From contig NC_042997.1 of NCBI RefSeq assembly GCF_006345805.1, forward strand, positions 178,746,001 to 178,810,000: a stretch of 64,000 nucleotides of DNA. The letters are read 5' to 3'. A model generated the notes under the pieces. It was not told where the DNA came from. It saw only the letters and a list, made by a program, of their open reading frames with translations, and searched no databases. Shown piece by piece: positions 39,598-53,030 of the stretch (position 1 is its first letter; each line of letters opens with the position of its first letter). The DNA is from Octopus sinensis. Lineage: Eukaryota. A program made the position numbers and the translations under genes.

Positions 39598-40873
39598 TGT
39601 TACGGAACGGAATCACCCGTCGTCGCCCGTCCCGAACGGCTCACACACAAGTTCCGCCACGGAACCCAAAGAGGCGGAGAGAGGAGATACAGATAGATAC
39701 TGCCACAACCTCAGCAGCACAGAGATACAGAGGCACAACCCGAGATACAACCCAAAGAGGCAAGGCAACAACTGGCAACACTGGCTTATATTCAAACAAC
39801 AGTTTATACGACAATTACAATTGCTACACATCAAATACATTTAAGGCAAACAACAAATCAATACATCATACGGTATACCACAGATCAAAGCATTTAACAA
39901 CATGCATGTAACAATATAACAGTGTTCAGTAACGACACAACAAGTCCAGATCAAATAATGTTCACGATACGTCACAGTCCAATCAGAACACTTCGATACA
40001 TTATACAATGTTCGTATCACAACAATTCACGTTACAATTCAACAAGTCCTTTACTCAATTCACAATGTCCTTTATCGACCACATCGACAGAGTCCTGACT
40101 GTTCTTTTCTGTCGGTCCGTATACACCGTGACACATATCAATGCACAAACACATACCTTAATTCCTAACTGAATCGCCAGTGTCCCATTCTGCACTCATC
40201 TCTGAATACTGCCAAATCCTCTGAATACTCTGCTAATTCCCCTCTGTGCATATTCCAATCGCTTGCCCCTAGGCCTCCTCGCATCCCAGCTCGCTCCCAG
40301 GAATTCCAACGCTTGCTCCTTAAATCCAAGGTTCCATCCACTCGCTCTGACCTCCAGAGTCCGTCTGTCTTCCTCGAGGGCCGGCCAGCGACTACCAGGA
40401 TTCGTCTGTGTTCCTCGACGACCGCTCAACGACTGCCCAGACCTCACTTCGTCTCTGTGCTTCTTCCACTCCCTTCATCTCCCTCTGTACCGCTCACACC
40501 CTCTCTAACTGCCCTGGTCCTTATATCCTATCTATATCGCCTGCTGTCTCTTAGCCTTTCTATTTGCTCTCTGCTCTTACTCTATCGCTATCGCCTGCCA
40601 GACTCTTCCTCTCTATCTGTCCCTTTCCTCTTACTGTCAATACCCTCTCCATCTGTTCTTAGATTCCCTTAATTTGTCTTCCTCTTTCACTTCTTCAAGG
40701 GGTGCTCAGAATGACCTCCAATCGACCGCACAAGGTCAGAAAGGTCTCATTAATCTCCCACTAGACAAAGGACCCGTCACTTTTCACCAGAGATACTGGA
40801 ACCATTATTCCTATGTGGGTCACCAGAAATACTACACTAATTAAACCCGAAATGCACTTAGCCAACCGTAACA
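39598..40873 (-). repeat. LTR copy 3 (5'-most in element orientation)
   Basis: Same termini; 1276 bp; followed by atat. Confidence 0.93.
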
Positions 40874-42523
40874 ATATGTATATATATATATGTTCATACA
40901 TATACATACATATATACATATATATACACATATATATACACATATATATGTACATACATGTATATATACACACATACACAGACAAACACACACATATATT
41001 TATATATATATTACGTTTGTTGTGTGTTTGATCACCACCATCACTTGTCAACCGGTATTGGTTTGTTTGCGCTTCCGTAACTTAGATCGGCAAAATACGG
41101 CCGATTGGAAAAGGAATCAGTCTTAAATACATTGATATTCGGGTCGATTTCTTTGAATAGGAACTTTCAATAAGCTCCAATAAGACTTAAAAGATAAAAA
41201 TACACCGGAGAAAGAAGGATGTCAGCCTACATCTGAAGATCTTAGATAACATGCCTGTTTAGGAATTTCATATCACGAAAGACACCTTTCATGAAAATAT
41301 TTTAGCCAGGTAACATTGGAACACCCGAGCTTCTGTTTTTTGGTGTTATTTCTTTCATTGTTTCTTTTTAATATTACTTTCTCTCTTGTTTTTGCTGCTA
41401 AGAATATGTTCTTATATATATATATCAGTAAGTTCTCTGCACAGTTTTATATAGACTGGCATGCGTACTATATGCCGGTAGTATCTTTCAATTATTTAAT
41501 AATACTTGTGCATGCTTTGTAAACACATTTCATTGCTACAGGCCAGATAAACACAGAGCTCGAAAGGGAGAGGGAAAATAAGGAAGAGAAAATGCGGGCA
41601 GGTAATAGGAAGATAGAAAGCTTTTACACCATAGCAACGTTGGGAAGAAGAGAGAGAGAAATTGAGTAAGTGAGAGACAGAAATTAAATACAAAGATAGA
41701 TACTATAACTACACAGTGGTGTGTACATAAGAGAGCTATAGGCAAGAGACGTTCACTTATCGTAGTTAGATAACAACCCCAGGCAGAGATAGATGTCAGT
41801 CAACTTCAGAAGATCTTTGGTAACTTCTTGAAAATTTTCTTTGTTCGGCATCATTTTAACATCTGAACTTCTGTCATTTAACTCCCTTATATATCTTAAT
41901 ATTGCTTATCTTGTTCTGAAGTTGACATTTATCATACCAAAATAGCCGCTTTTGCTGTGGCAATTTTTACAATATTCACCATGAGGCATTGTTAACATTA
42001 TTTTGACTTAACTGCACTTCTAAATGCTCATCAAAATCATGTATATATACATTTCTGCACGCACACACACACAAGCATAAACACATAAACATATATATAT
42101 ACCCTATATGTTACATGTTTTGGACAGAGAGGTGCTCTGCATTCTGAATCGATCCACATTATTGCATGTTGTCTAACCATGTCAAATAAAATGAGTACTA
42201 GAAAGGTGCTAACACAGTTTGATTTTCCGTCTTTAGCTGTCGTATTCTGGATCCAACAGTGGGCCACAGATGAGTGAGAGATATGAGTCGGTCTATGTCT
42301 GTTGCAACTGCATGAGCACCTAAAGCAATTAACGAAAGCATGTAAAATGTTGGCAAAAAATATTCGGTTACAATTGACATATATACTTACTTATATATGC
42401 ATACATATATAAGATATATATATATATAAGATATATATATATTATATATATATATATATATAACTTCTATTTCATGGTACTTGCACAGTTGGTGATGTCC
42501 TGTACCAATATATGCATGTATGT

Positions 42524-42593
<70 letters not shown>

Positions 42594-43296
42594 ATTATTT
42601 ATTATATAATTGAACGCGACGCATCCATTTCCAAGTAAGTTTATCTTCACCTTTTTGATGTCATTCTCTACTCTATACTGTTCTCTTCATCCATGCTGCT
42701 CTAATTCCCTTTTTCTCCCCTCTCTCCTTCACCGTTTTCTATCTGTGTCTCTCTCCCGCTTTCTCTTTTTCTCTCTCTCTCTCTCTCTCGCTGCTCACAC
42801 GTGACCAACGTCCGTGATTCTTTTCCTCATGTGACCATCTATCTTTTCCTGCACGGTCGTTTAAACGAACGGACGTGCTTTTTCTCTCTCTCTTCTATCT
42901 TTTCTCTTTTCAAAAAAATGTTTCACATATCGTTCATTATTTTCCTCTCGTTCTGGCCTAACGACTCTCCATGTTTGTTTTCTCTCGGTTTCCTTGTATG
43001 TCTTCACTGTCACTTTTTGTTCCCAGCTTTGACCCTCCATAAATCCAAAATTTTATTTTAGAATTTATGGGAGCAACTGCCTTTGAAGACTCATATTGCC
43101 GTTGAATGCTCGAATTGAGGAGTAGATAGACAGCCGACAACTGATGAAGGGTCCCTTCTCTGTGCTATCTTGTCTTGCTTTACATTTATTTCTCATTGTT
43201 TACGTATTTCATGTTATTTGCATCGTTGGTGACCCCTGTACCCATATATGCCGTATATGCATGCATATATATATACGCCATATATGCATGTATATA

Positions 43297-43339
<43 letters not shown>

Positions 43340-43851
43340 ATATATACATGTGTGTGTGTGTGTGTGTATTATATATTACTTACTTTATATATATTTAAAC
43401 AAATACAACAAATAAATTGTGGCTCACTACAGCTGTTTCAGACGTGTTATTTTTAGTGAAGAAGAGCTGTGTTACATAATGCAAGACAAAAATTTTTATT
43501 TTCATCAAGTGAAGACAGATAAGAATTAAACATTTTGTACTTCTGTTTAACAATACAAAAGGCGTCTGAAACACCTGTAGTGAACCACAATCCACCTGCT
43601 ATCATTTTTTTTATTCTTCACCTAACTGGGAACCTATAATTCGTTAGGATCTCGAGTTTATAGACGGCGGTCCAATAAATGCAATGGGTGTAACCATGTG
43701 CGAGTTTCATGACTCGTTCTATATTTAGTTGGTCATTTGTGATCGTACGCAAAACCTTAAATATTGTTTCTACACGATAACGTTATCACCGACCTGAACT
43801 TGATACTTTACTACTCAAGGACCTGATTCTCTCGAATCCTGGAAATTATAT

Positions 43852-43939
<88 letters not shown>

Positions 43940-44229
43940 AAATGAAATACAAAATGGGACAAGAACGCAAAACATCCGGACAGCTAGGTGATACAAAAAG
44001 GGACAACAAAACATCCAGATAGACGATACAAAAAAACACGGATGGGTCATTCGAAGCCTTTTATATTCAGTCAAGAAACGGATCCTCCACTCAATTTCGG
44101 CTGATTAATCTTGAGATTTGGTCCAATCTGGCCAGCTTCAAGGAAAAACTAAGCTAAGAGCATTAGATTCCTTGGAAAAAAGCATCGAATGTATAGGAAA
44201 CAAGGACGGAAAAACGGACGATGTTACAC

Positions 44230-44267
<38 letters not shown>

Positions 44268-45118
44268 CCAAAGATTTGTTGCTGTTTCTAATTGGAGTCG
44301 ATTGGCTCAGACACCTAATCAAAGACGACCAAGCTAAAGATGAATAAGAATATACGAACTACAAAATGTATTGCAAAGATGCTTTACTTTATATTTATAT
44401 ACACTTATAAAGTGTGAAAGTAGATGTGTGTGGCTGCAAGTCAAACACATACCACTCTCCCTCTGCGTGTCTCTCTTTCTTTCTCTCTCACCCACAAACA
44501 TTCTTGCACATATATGTATGACCATCTATGTAATACACAGATACATGCATATATACATACATGCATACATGCATACATATATATACATTTATACATACAT
44601 GCATATACATATATATACTTTTATAGATGCTCATTGTTTTATGCAAATACTGAATACAAGATTGAAAGGAATAACTTGATTCCATTGTGGCAGTGCTTTG
44701 GTAATTACAGAAAAAAAAAACGCCAATTACATAGCATTTACGAAAAAGACATGCAATTAAAAACAACAGTCGAGACAAGCAAAATTCTAGAATTTCTTTC
44801 CATGGGATAACGAGATACGTGCGAAAAGACACTGGCGGCTATCGGAAATACGATCGATGAACGTTGATTTTCATGGCAAATTGTGTAAGAAACTCTTTAA
44901 ATGATAGAATATTGCACATTTAGATGTTTTGACACGACAAACACATAAAATAGTACACATATATAAGATCTCCCTTAACTGGCGTGCGTACAAGGAACGA
45001 AGAGTGTATCACGAAGGTTAGCATTGCTCTTCAGTAACAGAAACCCTCCGATCTCTCTCTCTCAACGACAATAAATTGTCTTCAAATATCAGGTGTGGGT
45101 CGCAATGGTATAGCAGAT

Positions 45119-45357
45119 GAAGGCGGTTAGCTGACAGAAACGTTAGCACGCCGGGCGAAATGCGTAGCCGTATTTCGTCTGCCGTCACGTTCTGAGTTCA
45201 AATTCCACCGGGGTTGACTTTGCCTTTTATCCTTTCGGGGTCGATAAATTAAGTACCAGTTACGCACTGGGGTCGATATAATCGACTTAATCCGTTTGTC
45301 TGTCCTTGTCTGTCCCCTCTGTGTTTAGCCCCTTGTGGGTAGTAAAGAAATAGGTAT
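45119..45357 (+). mobile_element. SINE family B, full length
   Basis: gaaggcggttagctgacagaaacgttagc...gggtagtaaagaaatagg. Confidence 0.88.
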
Positions 45358-45379
45358 AGCAGATGAACTTAAGAAGAGG

Positions 45380-45430
<51 letters not shown>

Positions 45431-45889
45431 TAAACAAGTTGTTTAAGAGTTCTTGCGTTTGTGGTAGTATTGAATACATTATACAATACATTTTTATTTT
45501 CTAATTTTGACCCAAGGCCACTAACTTTGAGAGTAGTGAACACTGGGGTTGCTGCAATCTCCCTCTAATGATATTTATTTTATCGACCACAAATGAATGA
45601 AAGGCTAAGTTAATCGTACTCTGATATTGATTGTCCTTCGTAAGGATCCTAATACTGGTAAAGGTAATAATTATTTAAGGGTTTCTAGTTTATGGGGGTT
45701 TTGTCACACACATACACATACACACACATACATACCAGACAGCATCCTCAGAAATGCTTCCTGACTTCGAGAGGGTCATCACTGTCATATTCCAAACTGT
45801 GGCAGTCAGGCGTGCTCTCTTCTCTCCCTGCCATATCTGTCGTTGCTAGACTGGTACCTACTTTCACACCTGGTTGTTCTGGTACTATA

Positions 45890-46310
45890 CTCTTTTTACT
45901 CTTTACTGTTTTACTTGTTTCAGTCATGTGACTGTGGCCATGCTGGAGCACCGCCTTTAGTCGAGCAAATTGACCCCAGGACTTATTCTTTGTAAGCCTA
46001 GTACTTATTCTATCGGTCCCGTTTGCCGAACCGCTAAGTTATGGGACGTAAACGCACCAGCATCGGTTGTCAAGCGATGTTGGGTAGGACAATCACACAC
46101 ACACAAACATATACACACGCATACATATATATATATTACGTATATACGATGGGCTTCTTTCAGTTTCCGTCTACCAAATCCACTCATAAGATTTTGGTCG
46201 GCCCGAGGATATAGTAGAAGACACTTCCCCAAGGTTCAAGCAGTGGGACTGAACCTGGAACCATGTGGTTCGTAAGCAAGCTACTTACCACACAGCCACT
46301 CCTACGCCTA
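45890..46310 (-). mobile_element. SINE family A, full length
   Basis: Ends cacagccactcctacgccta on the plus strand. Confidence 0.9.
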
Positions 46311-46541
46311 TATCTGAACGCTGGTTCTCTTGATTCACTTGATTCTCCCACTTCCGCTTCATCATCCATGAAATTTGATAGTCGGAAAATGAAGCGTCCG
46401 TCATACACATTCCTCACCCTTATGCATACTTACATAACCCACCTTCCACATTCGCATACATAAAAACACTCACTTACAGACACCCGTATATTTGCTCACA
46501 CACACACACATATGCATAGACCCATCCACACATACATACAT

Positions 46542-46702
46542 AGACCTATTTCTTCATTACCCACAAGGGGCTAAACACAGAGAGGACAAACAAGGAATGA
46601 CAAACGGATTAAGTCGATTATATCGACCCCAGTGCGTAACTGATTCTTATTCAATCGACCCCGAAAGGAAGAAAGGCAAAGTCGACCTTGGCGGAATTTG
46701 AA
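46542..46702 (-). mobile_element. SINE family B, 5'-truncated (older copy at 21225-21387, minus)
   Basis: Reverse complement of the family B 3' part. Confidence 0.85.
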
Positions 46703-46879
46703 ATCCATGTGCGTTTGAGTGTTTGCAAGTATGTATCCGTGGCTGTGTCTTTTCTTTTTTTTTAATTTATTTACGTGCTAAATAATCTCAATGCTTAACC
46801 CTTGCCTATTCTGAAAAAGTCGGCTTTCTGGAATTCCCTCACTGAATATATTTCAGTTCAACCTAATCCCCTTGAAGAA

Positions 46880-47264
46880 TGGAAGCACTCCGTCGGTTAC
46901 AACGATGAGGGTTCCGGTTGATCCGAATCAACGGAACAGCCTGCTCGTGAAATTAACGTGTAAGTGGCTGAGCACTCCACAGACACATGCACCCTTAATG
47001 TAGTTCTCGGGGATATTCAGCGTGACACAGAGAGTGACAAGGCCGGCCCCTTGAAATACAGGTACAACAGAAACAGGAAGTAAGAGTGAGAGAAAGTTGT
47101 GGTGAAAGAGTACTGCAGGGATCACCACCATCCCCTGCCGGAGCCTCGTGGAGCTTTTTAGGTGTTTTCGCTCAATAAACACTCACAACGCCCGGTCTGG
47201 GAATCGAAACCGCGATCCTATGACCGCGAGTCCGCTGCCCTAACCACTGGGCCATTGCACCTCC
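46880..47264 (-). mobile_element. SINE family C (tRNA-Arg-like head), full length
   Basis: Head GGAGGTGCAATGGCCCAGTGGTTAGGGCAGCGGACTCGCGG..GGTTTCGATTCCC with A and B boxes; tail GTAACCGACGGAGTGCTTCCA. Confidence 0.88.
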
Positions 47265-47795
47265 ACTCCCCTCGAAGAGAATGTGTCACCTATGAGAATA
47301 TTTAAAGAGATGCTTATCAAGGAAATCTCGAACGATGACGAAACGAGTCACCAACTGCCATGTACGTTTTTCAACACGTCCTCCTTTTTTTAACGACATG
47401 GCTTAGTAGTGTGTATTTTAAAGTAAACTTGTTTGTTATTTGCTTGTATGATGCCAAATGACTTCGTGGTTACTTTTACGTCGGCTCTACGCGAAACTAT
47501 ATTTTGTATTTGTTATTCCGGCGATGATATTAAGCTGTTGTCCATTTTAAACGTAAATTTTTTTTTCTGGAGGTGAATACATTAGGTTTCAGTATGGTGG
47601 TTAAATATCGAAATGGATGCAAAAATAATGTTTGTGTTATGTTTAACACATTGTAAAATTCATGTAATAGTTCAGGCGTAGTTAAGACGAATATATATTC
47701 TTCTACAAACGTTTCTCATGTTTGTGCATAAAACTCATTCGCATGTTTTAATGCTCGCACACACGCCTACGCAAATACACATGGACATACATACA

Positions 47796-47850
<55 letters not shown>

Positions 47851-48706
47851 TAATAATAATTTATAATGATATATCTACACGCAAGAATTTTATTTTTTTT
47901 ATAAATATACAGATACGAACATCAAACTGCTTTGATGAATGACTAGTTAGCTTCTTTTCATATTTCAGTCTAAAACTGTTTAGTTTTGAATGCTGATAAA
48001 TTCTCATCGAAAACATACCCAGATCAACTTGGAAAAACACACGAAGATCAACTTCAATAAAAACATGGTAATTTGAATTTTAAAATGCCAATATATTAAA
48101 AGAAAATAAGAGCAATACAATAGAAAAGTAGTCTGTTGTTCTTCGTTTCGTTAACACAACTATCTACGCCAGACGACTTATCTGCTATAAAATCTTATTT
48201 TGTATACATAATATAATGATGTTTAGAGACAGTTAATTGTAGGGCGAATAACTGTGTAGTTGGTTTGTTTTTCATTTGATCTTAGCAAATATGGCAAGAA
48301 AATTAAAATATTCTTTATCACACTGATAAACAGAGATATAAAGAAGCGTACAGAAACGCTCCCAGTACAAAAGCACGCACATATCCCTCGTTACAAATCG
48401 GATATTGCATATTATACACAGCGTACATTCAACTACAAAACACGCATTATGGCACATTCAGAGATAGGCACACACAGAGACATGCATATACATGTGTGTA
48501 CACGCTTATACACAACCTACTTGTTATACAAAAGCACCACAGTTATATCCCATGTGAGATGGAAATGTGCATAAGCAACATAATGCATGCACGCATATAT
48601 CAATACTTGATATATCATAATGTATTGGCAGATGTTGGCATATATAAAATATACACAGGATGGCTGTAGTCTAATATATGGACGTGTATATATATATATA
48701 TATATA

Positions 48707-48929
48707 TTTTTTGTACTTGTTTCAGTCATTTGACTGCGGCCATGCTGGAGCACCGCCTTTTAGAGTGGTGAAAGAGTACAGCAGGGATCACCACCATCCC
48801 CTGCCGGAGCCTCGTGGAGCTTTTAGGTGTTTTCGCTCAATAAACACACACAACGCCCGGTCTGGGAATCGAAACCGCGATCCTCCGACCGCAAATCCGC
48901 TGCCCTAACCACTGGGCCATTGCGCCTCC
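48707..48929 (-). mobile_element. Chimeric SINE: family C head joined to family A tail
   Basis: Minus strand reads the C head to ...CTGTACTCTTTCACCAC, then TCTAAAAGGCGGTGCTCCAGCATGGCC...GAAACAAGT. Confidence 0.8.
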
Positions 48930-50844
48930 ACATATGTATGCAAGGCAGTGTATAATATGTCTGAGGCTATCGTGTGGTGTGTGTGTCTGTGAAATTCTGT
49001 TCATAGCAGAGGCGGGAGTCCGGGTGACGCCTGTGCAAAGACAGTCCGAATGACCGATGGAGCGGAAGTGCTGCAAAACCGGGTGTCGTACATACGTACA
49101 TACATACATACATACATACATACTTACATACACACACACACTCACACACACGTATTAATTAATGAATCACAAACGAAAAGAAGGAACTTAGTAATATTCA
49201 TTAGCATACACCTGTTTCTGTTATAAGAAGCAAATTCATTAAGAACTGAGGTTTTGGTCGTCAAGAACCAGTAGTATGTTGCGCAATTATTAAACTTTGA
49301 CCTCACTGCTCCTTATTGTAGAAACAGGTGTAACTAATGAATGCCATTATGTAGCTCCAGTTCTTTTATTAATTAATTGCTAATACGCTTTATATATTTC
49401 TGACGCTGTACTCAAAATCATGTATATACTGAGTTCTAACAACTGGCTATTAGTGTCGCCTCAGTGAAGCCATTACATATATATGTACATGAGACTACTT
49501 CACCCAGTTATTATCTTATAGTGTATAAAATAATATTATTCAAAGTATTGCCGGAAGAACATCTTTATTGTCTTCGAATGAAAAAGCATCAAGGAATCAG
49601 CTTCTTGAAATTATGAAGCCTACTTGTAGATTGGTTAGAAAGAGAAAGTTAAGTATATACATAACATACTTGATTTTTGAGACAAATACAGATATCGGAG
49701 GTTATCAGATAACTAGTGTAACTCACCTTTCAATAGACAAATTTCCAATTCAATAACAAAACATTCTTAAAGTTACTGAGTAAACACTTCACTAAACAAC
49801 ATGAATACTGCAAACTGTAAATAGATATCCAATAAAAATATCATACCCCACTACAGACAATTTTGCACAGACAAGAACTCTTCAAATGTAGGTGGATTAA
49901 GAAATAATCTCTAAAGCAATGAGGCCATAGTAATTGCAGCTAAACTATCAACAACATGTATTTTGTCAAAGGCTAATTCCTAATCTAAGAACTGTACAAC
50001 AAGAACTGTGAACACTGACTCCTGTTCTTTATAGTACATACTTTTGTCTACCAACAGTTATATGTTATTTTCGCTACACATTTTCACACAATGTTTTTAC
50101 TTATGTGGTTAAATTTATATTTATATATTTTCATGAATTTATATGAGCATACATATTCTTTTATTCTTTTATACGTTTCAGCCCAACGGAAGTGGCCATG
50201 CTGGGGCACCGCCACGGTTATCACCTTATCAATGGCTATTATTTTCCGATGGATTTTGAGGAAGGAGAGAGTTCAATATTGCTGCCTCTTTTGGATTTCT
50301 TGTTGTTAGTACCGCTGGAGGTGGTAGTAGCATCGGTAATGTAGCCTCTGCGTGTGTTGCCCATAATGTACCTGTTAATATTGCTACTAATGCTGCCGAT
50401 GTAGTCGCTGATGTTGATGTTGCTACCGTTGTTGCTGGTGCTGTCATCAACGATGCTGTTGGTGTTGTTGAAGGTAGGACGGCCTGAAGTCGATAGCCAG
50501 TAGCAAAGGGAGATAATCTCTTTATTTACATTTTCATTTGTAGCGAGACTTTTCCCCTCTATATTTTAAAGAGGTCTTAGGTCACGATACGCCATAAATT
50601 AAACGCTTTATGGACGGGAAACCCAGAGTAACACCATAAACCGGCCTTCACCATACACACATACACAAAACCGTATACACACACACTCACTTGTATACTT
50701 TAATAAAGTTAATGATTTACAGATATATTGACACCTATGTGGCGAGACGTTGCTTATAAAATAATTGCTTGTATTAATAATTAATTGCTTGTAATAATTG
50801 TTTTTACACACATGACTAGCAATTTCAGTAGAATATATATATAT

Positions 50845-50878
<34 letters not shown>

Positions 50879-51023
50879 CTTATATATATAATATATTATA
50901 TTATATAGAACTGACTAAGTCTGCTGGCAGTAAATATTTTTCTTCTTTTACACCTCATTCGTTGAGTTTTACGACTATTATTTATGCTTGTGTGTTCTTT
51001 ATTAGTTTTTCTAATTTGAATGC

Positions 51024-51072
<49 letters not shown>

Positions 51073-51079
51073 ACTATCT

Positions 51080-51115
<36 letters not shown>

Positions 51116-51339
51116 GCTCTCTCTCTTCTGTCTGTCTGTCTGTGTAATGTATCTCACCTAGCTATCTATCTATCAATTAACGTGTAAGTGGCCGAGCTAG
51201 TAGCGCGTTAATTGAGGAATAATTGTTCGAATCTAAATACCTTTAAACATTTTGTCCGACGTTCTGACGATTCCGGCAATCCTTCGCCCATATAATCCTT
51301 CGCTCGTGAGAGGGCGAAAGACTTGAGGTGATACGACCG

Positions 51340-51720
51340 CAACTTTATCGCCTTCTTTCTCTAGAAAAGATCGAAAAATACAGACTACCAAAAGACGAAA
51401 TCGCAAGAATGTGGACTATGAGGAGAGTGTCTGTCATTCCAGTAGTTATAGGAGTACACGCAGCACCAACAATCAAGTTCGCGAAATATGTCAGAGAAAT
51501 CGGAATTGACATGAGAACAGAGCAAGCCCCCAAAACTGCGCTGATGGGGACAGCTAGGAGTTTGATATCGATGCTTTGATGCTGAATGTCTCCCACGTTA
51601 ATTAACAACCCGGTATAAAAGCTTATAATGTGCAAAGAGGCCCTGTGAGATCTCTAACAGTAGGATGCTGTCCGCTCTCACAGAATCTACCAGAGTAAAC
51701 AAGATTGAGCACTCTGAAAA
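51340..51720 (+). mobile_element. R4/Dong-like non-LTR retrotransposon 3' end (restriction-like endonuclease C-terminus)
   Basis: EKIEKY..KDEIARMW.MRRVSVIPVVIG...IGI...TALMGTARSL, followed by a 3' UTR running into (AAT)n. Confidence 0.75.
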
Positions 51721-51724
51721 GTAA

Positions 51725-51868
<144 letters not shown>

Positions 51869-52349
51869 CACACTCAGTTGTAACTTCAGTTAATTCTATA
51901 TATTATATCATGGCTGTTAATTAGTAGTAAATTGATATTATATAACATTGATGGATGTCCTCATAGCTCGAAAGGTAATTATAAATACTATTATTTGATA
52001 CCACTTATCTGTCTTTTAAATTTCAAGTCTATATTCGCATGGTCGAAATCTTTTGAATATAAGGTTTTTACAATCAAACGAGACGTAATTTGAGATTAAC
52101 GACGTTTCAGACACTCCAAGCGCTCACACTAATCTCTGATGTGTCGACCATGATATACAAATTGATGTTCTTTTCGTTTGGCTGCTGATCAAAGTATTAT
52201 ATGGGTATAAAATTTTATGCGCATGTTAACTTCTAGAAAGGTAGTAGTTTTGCGTTCCAAAATACACATACACACACATGCACAGACAAACATACACACA
52301 CAAACACAAACACAAATATACACATGTCTCTCTCTCTCTCTCTCTCTCA

Positions 52350-52404
<55 letters not shown>

Positions 52405-52412
52405 AAATAATA

Positions 52413-52525
52413 GTTACATTTACTCAATAGTCAAGATAAAACTCTGAGTTTCAGATGCCGAAGTGGAAATCCACAACACCATCTCTTCGGTTATCTGGCC
52501 ATCTTGACTATTGAGTTAATGTAAC
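52413..52525. repeat. 113-bp element with 25-bp terminal inverted repeats and an internal hammerhead-like motif (52435-52495, minus)
   Basis: gttacatttactcaatagtcaagat ... atcttgactattgagttaatgtaac (1 mismatch). Confidence 0.8.
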
Positions 52526-52604
52526 ATATTATTTTATAGATAAATTTCCTCTATTTACATAATATTGAGGTATCTTTCTTTCTTTTGTTATCTTACCGTT
52601 TTTG

Positions 52605-52641
<37 letters not shown>

Positions 52642-52684
52642 TACTTGGAAGAAGACGACGCGTGCGTTCAATGATATAATAACA

Positions 52685-53030
52685 ATTTAATAAATAAAAC
52701 ATATGCATACATACATATATGTACATACCTACATCTATATGTATATATACATGCATATATGGGTACAGGACACCACAAATAAACGTAGAACACAACGAGA
52801 AACGAAAGCATAAAAACAAAACAAGGAAACGGACTTTTTTTAACAACGAAAAATCAGAGTACAAGACATACAACACAAGGAACCTTCCCCTTCTTCAGCT
52901 GCCCCTGTTTCAACTCATTGCGTGTTACGTTTGTGGTGTCCTGTACCCATATATGCATGTATATATATATATAGATGTAGGTATGTACATATATGTATGT
53001 ATGCATATGTTTTATTTATTAAATTGTTTT
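52685..53030. repeat. Inverted repeat pair of ~100 bp flanking a ~130 bp spacer
   Basis: ...atgcatatatgggtacaggacaccacaaa pairs with tttgtggtgtcctgtacccatatatgcat.... Confidence 0.85.

Larger units (their letters stand above)
33762..40873 (-). mobile_element. Non-autonomous Gypsy-like LTR retroelement in tandem array (3 LTRs, 2 internal regions)
   Basis: Three near-identical ~1.27 kb repeats with TGTTACGG...CCGTAACA termini alternate with two ~1.65 kb internal segments. PBS and PPT lie on the minus strand, and ATAT flanks both ends. No protease, RT or integrase motifs seen. Confidence 0.92.

Noticed and set aside
33762-40873. Simple 2.9 kb tandem segmental duplication or satellite
   Set aside because: TG...CA termini, PBS, PPT and the 2.44-unit structure are explained by an LTR element.
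43135-43165. CTGATGAAGGG motif (similar CTGAAGAAGGGG at 52883-52900, minus)
   Set aside because: No downstream GAAA or stem III, so no complete ribozyme can be drawn.
45740-45890. GC-richer stretch with short ORFs next to a SINE
   Set aside because: No recognisable motif or splice pattern; the ORFs begin inside the SINE.
46880-47264. tRNA gene
   Set aside because: The tRNA-like heads lack a complete cloverleaf and are attached to multi-copy SINE bodies.
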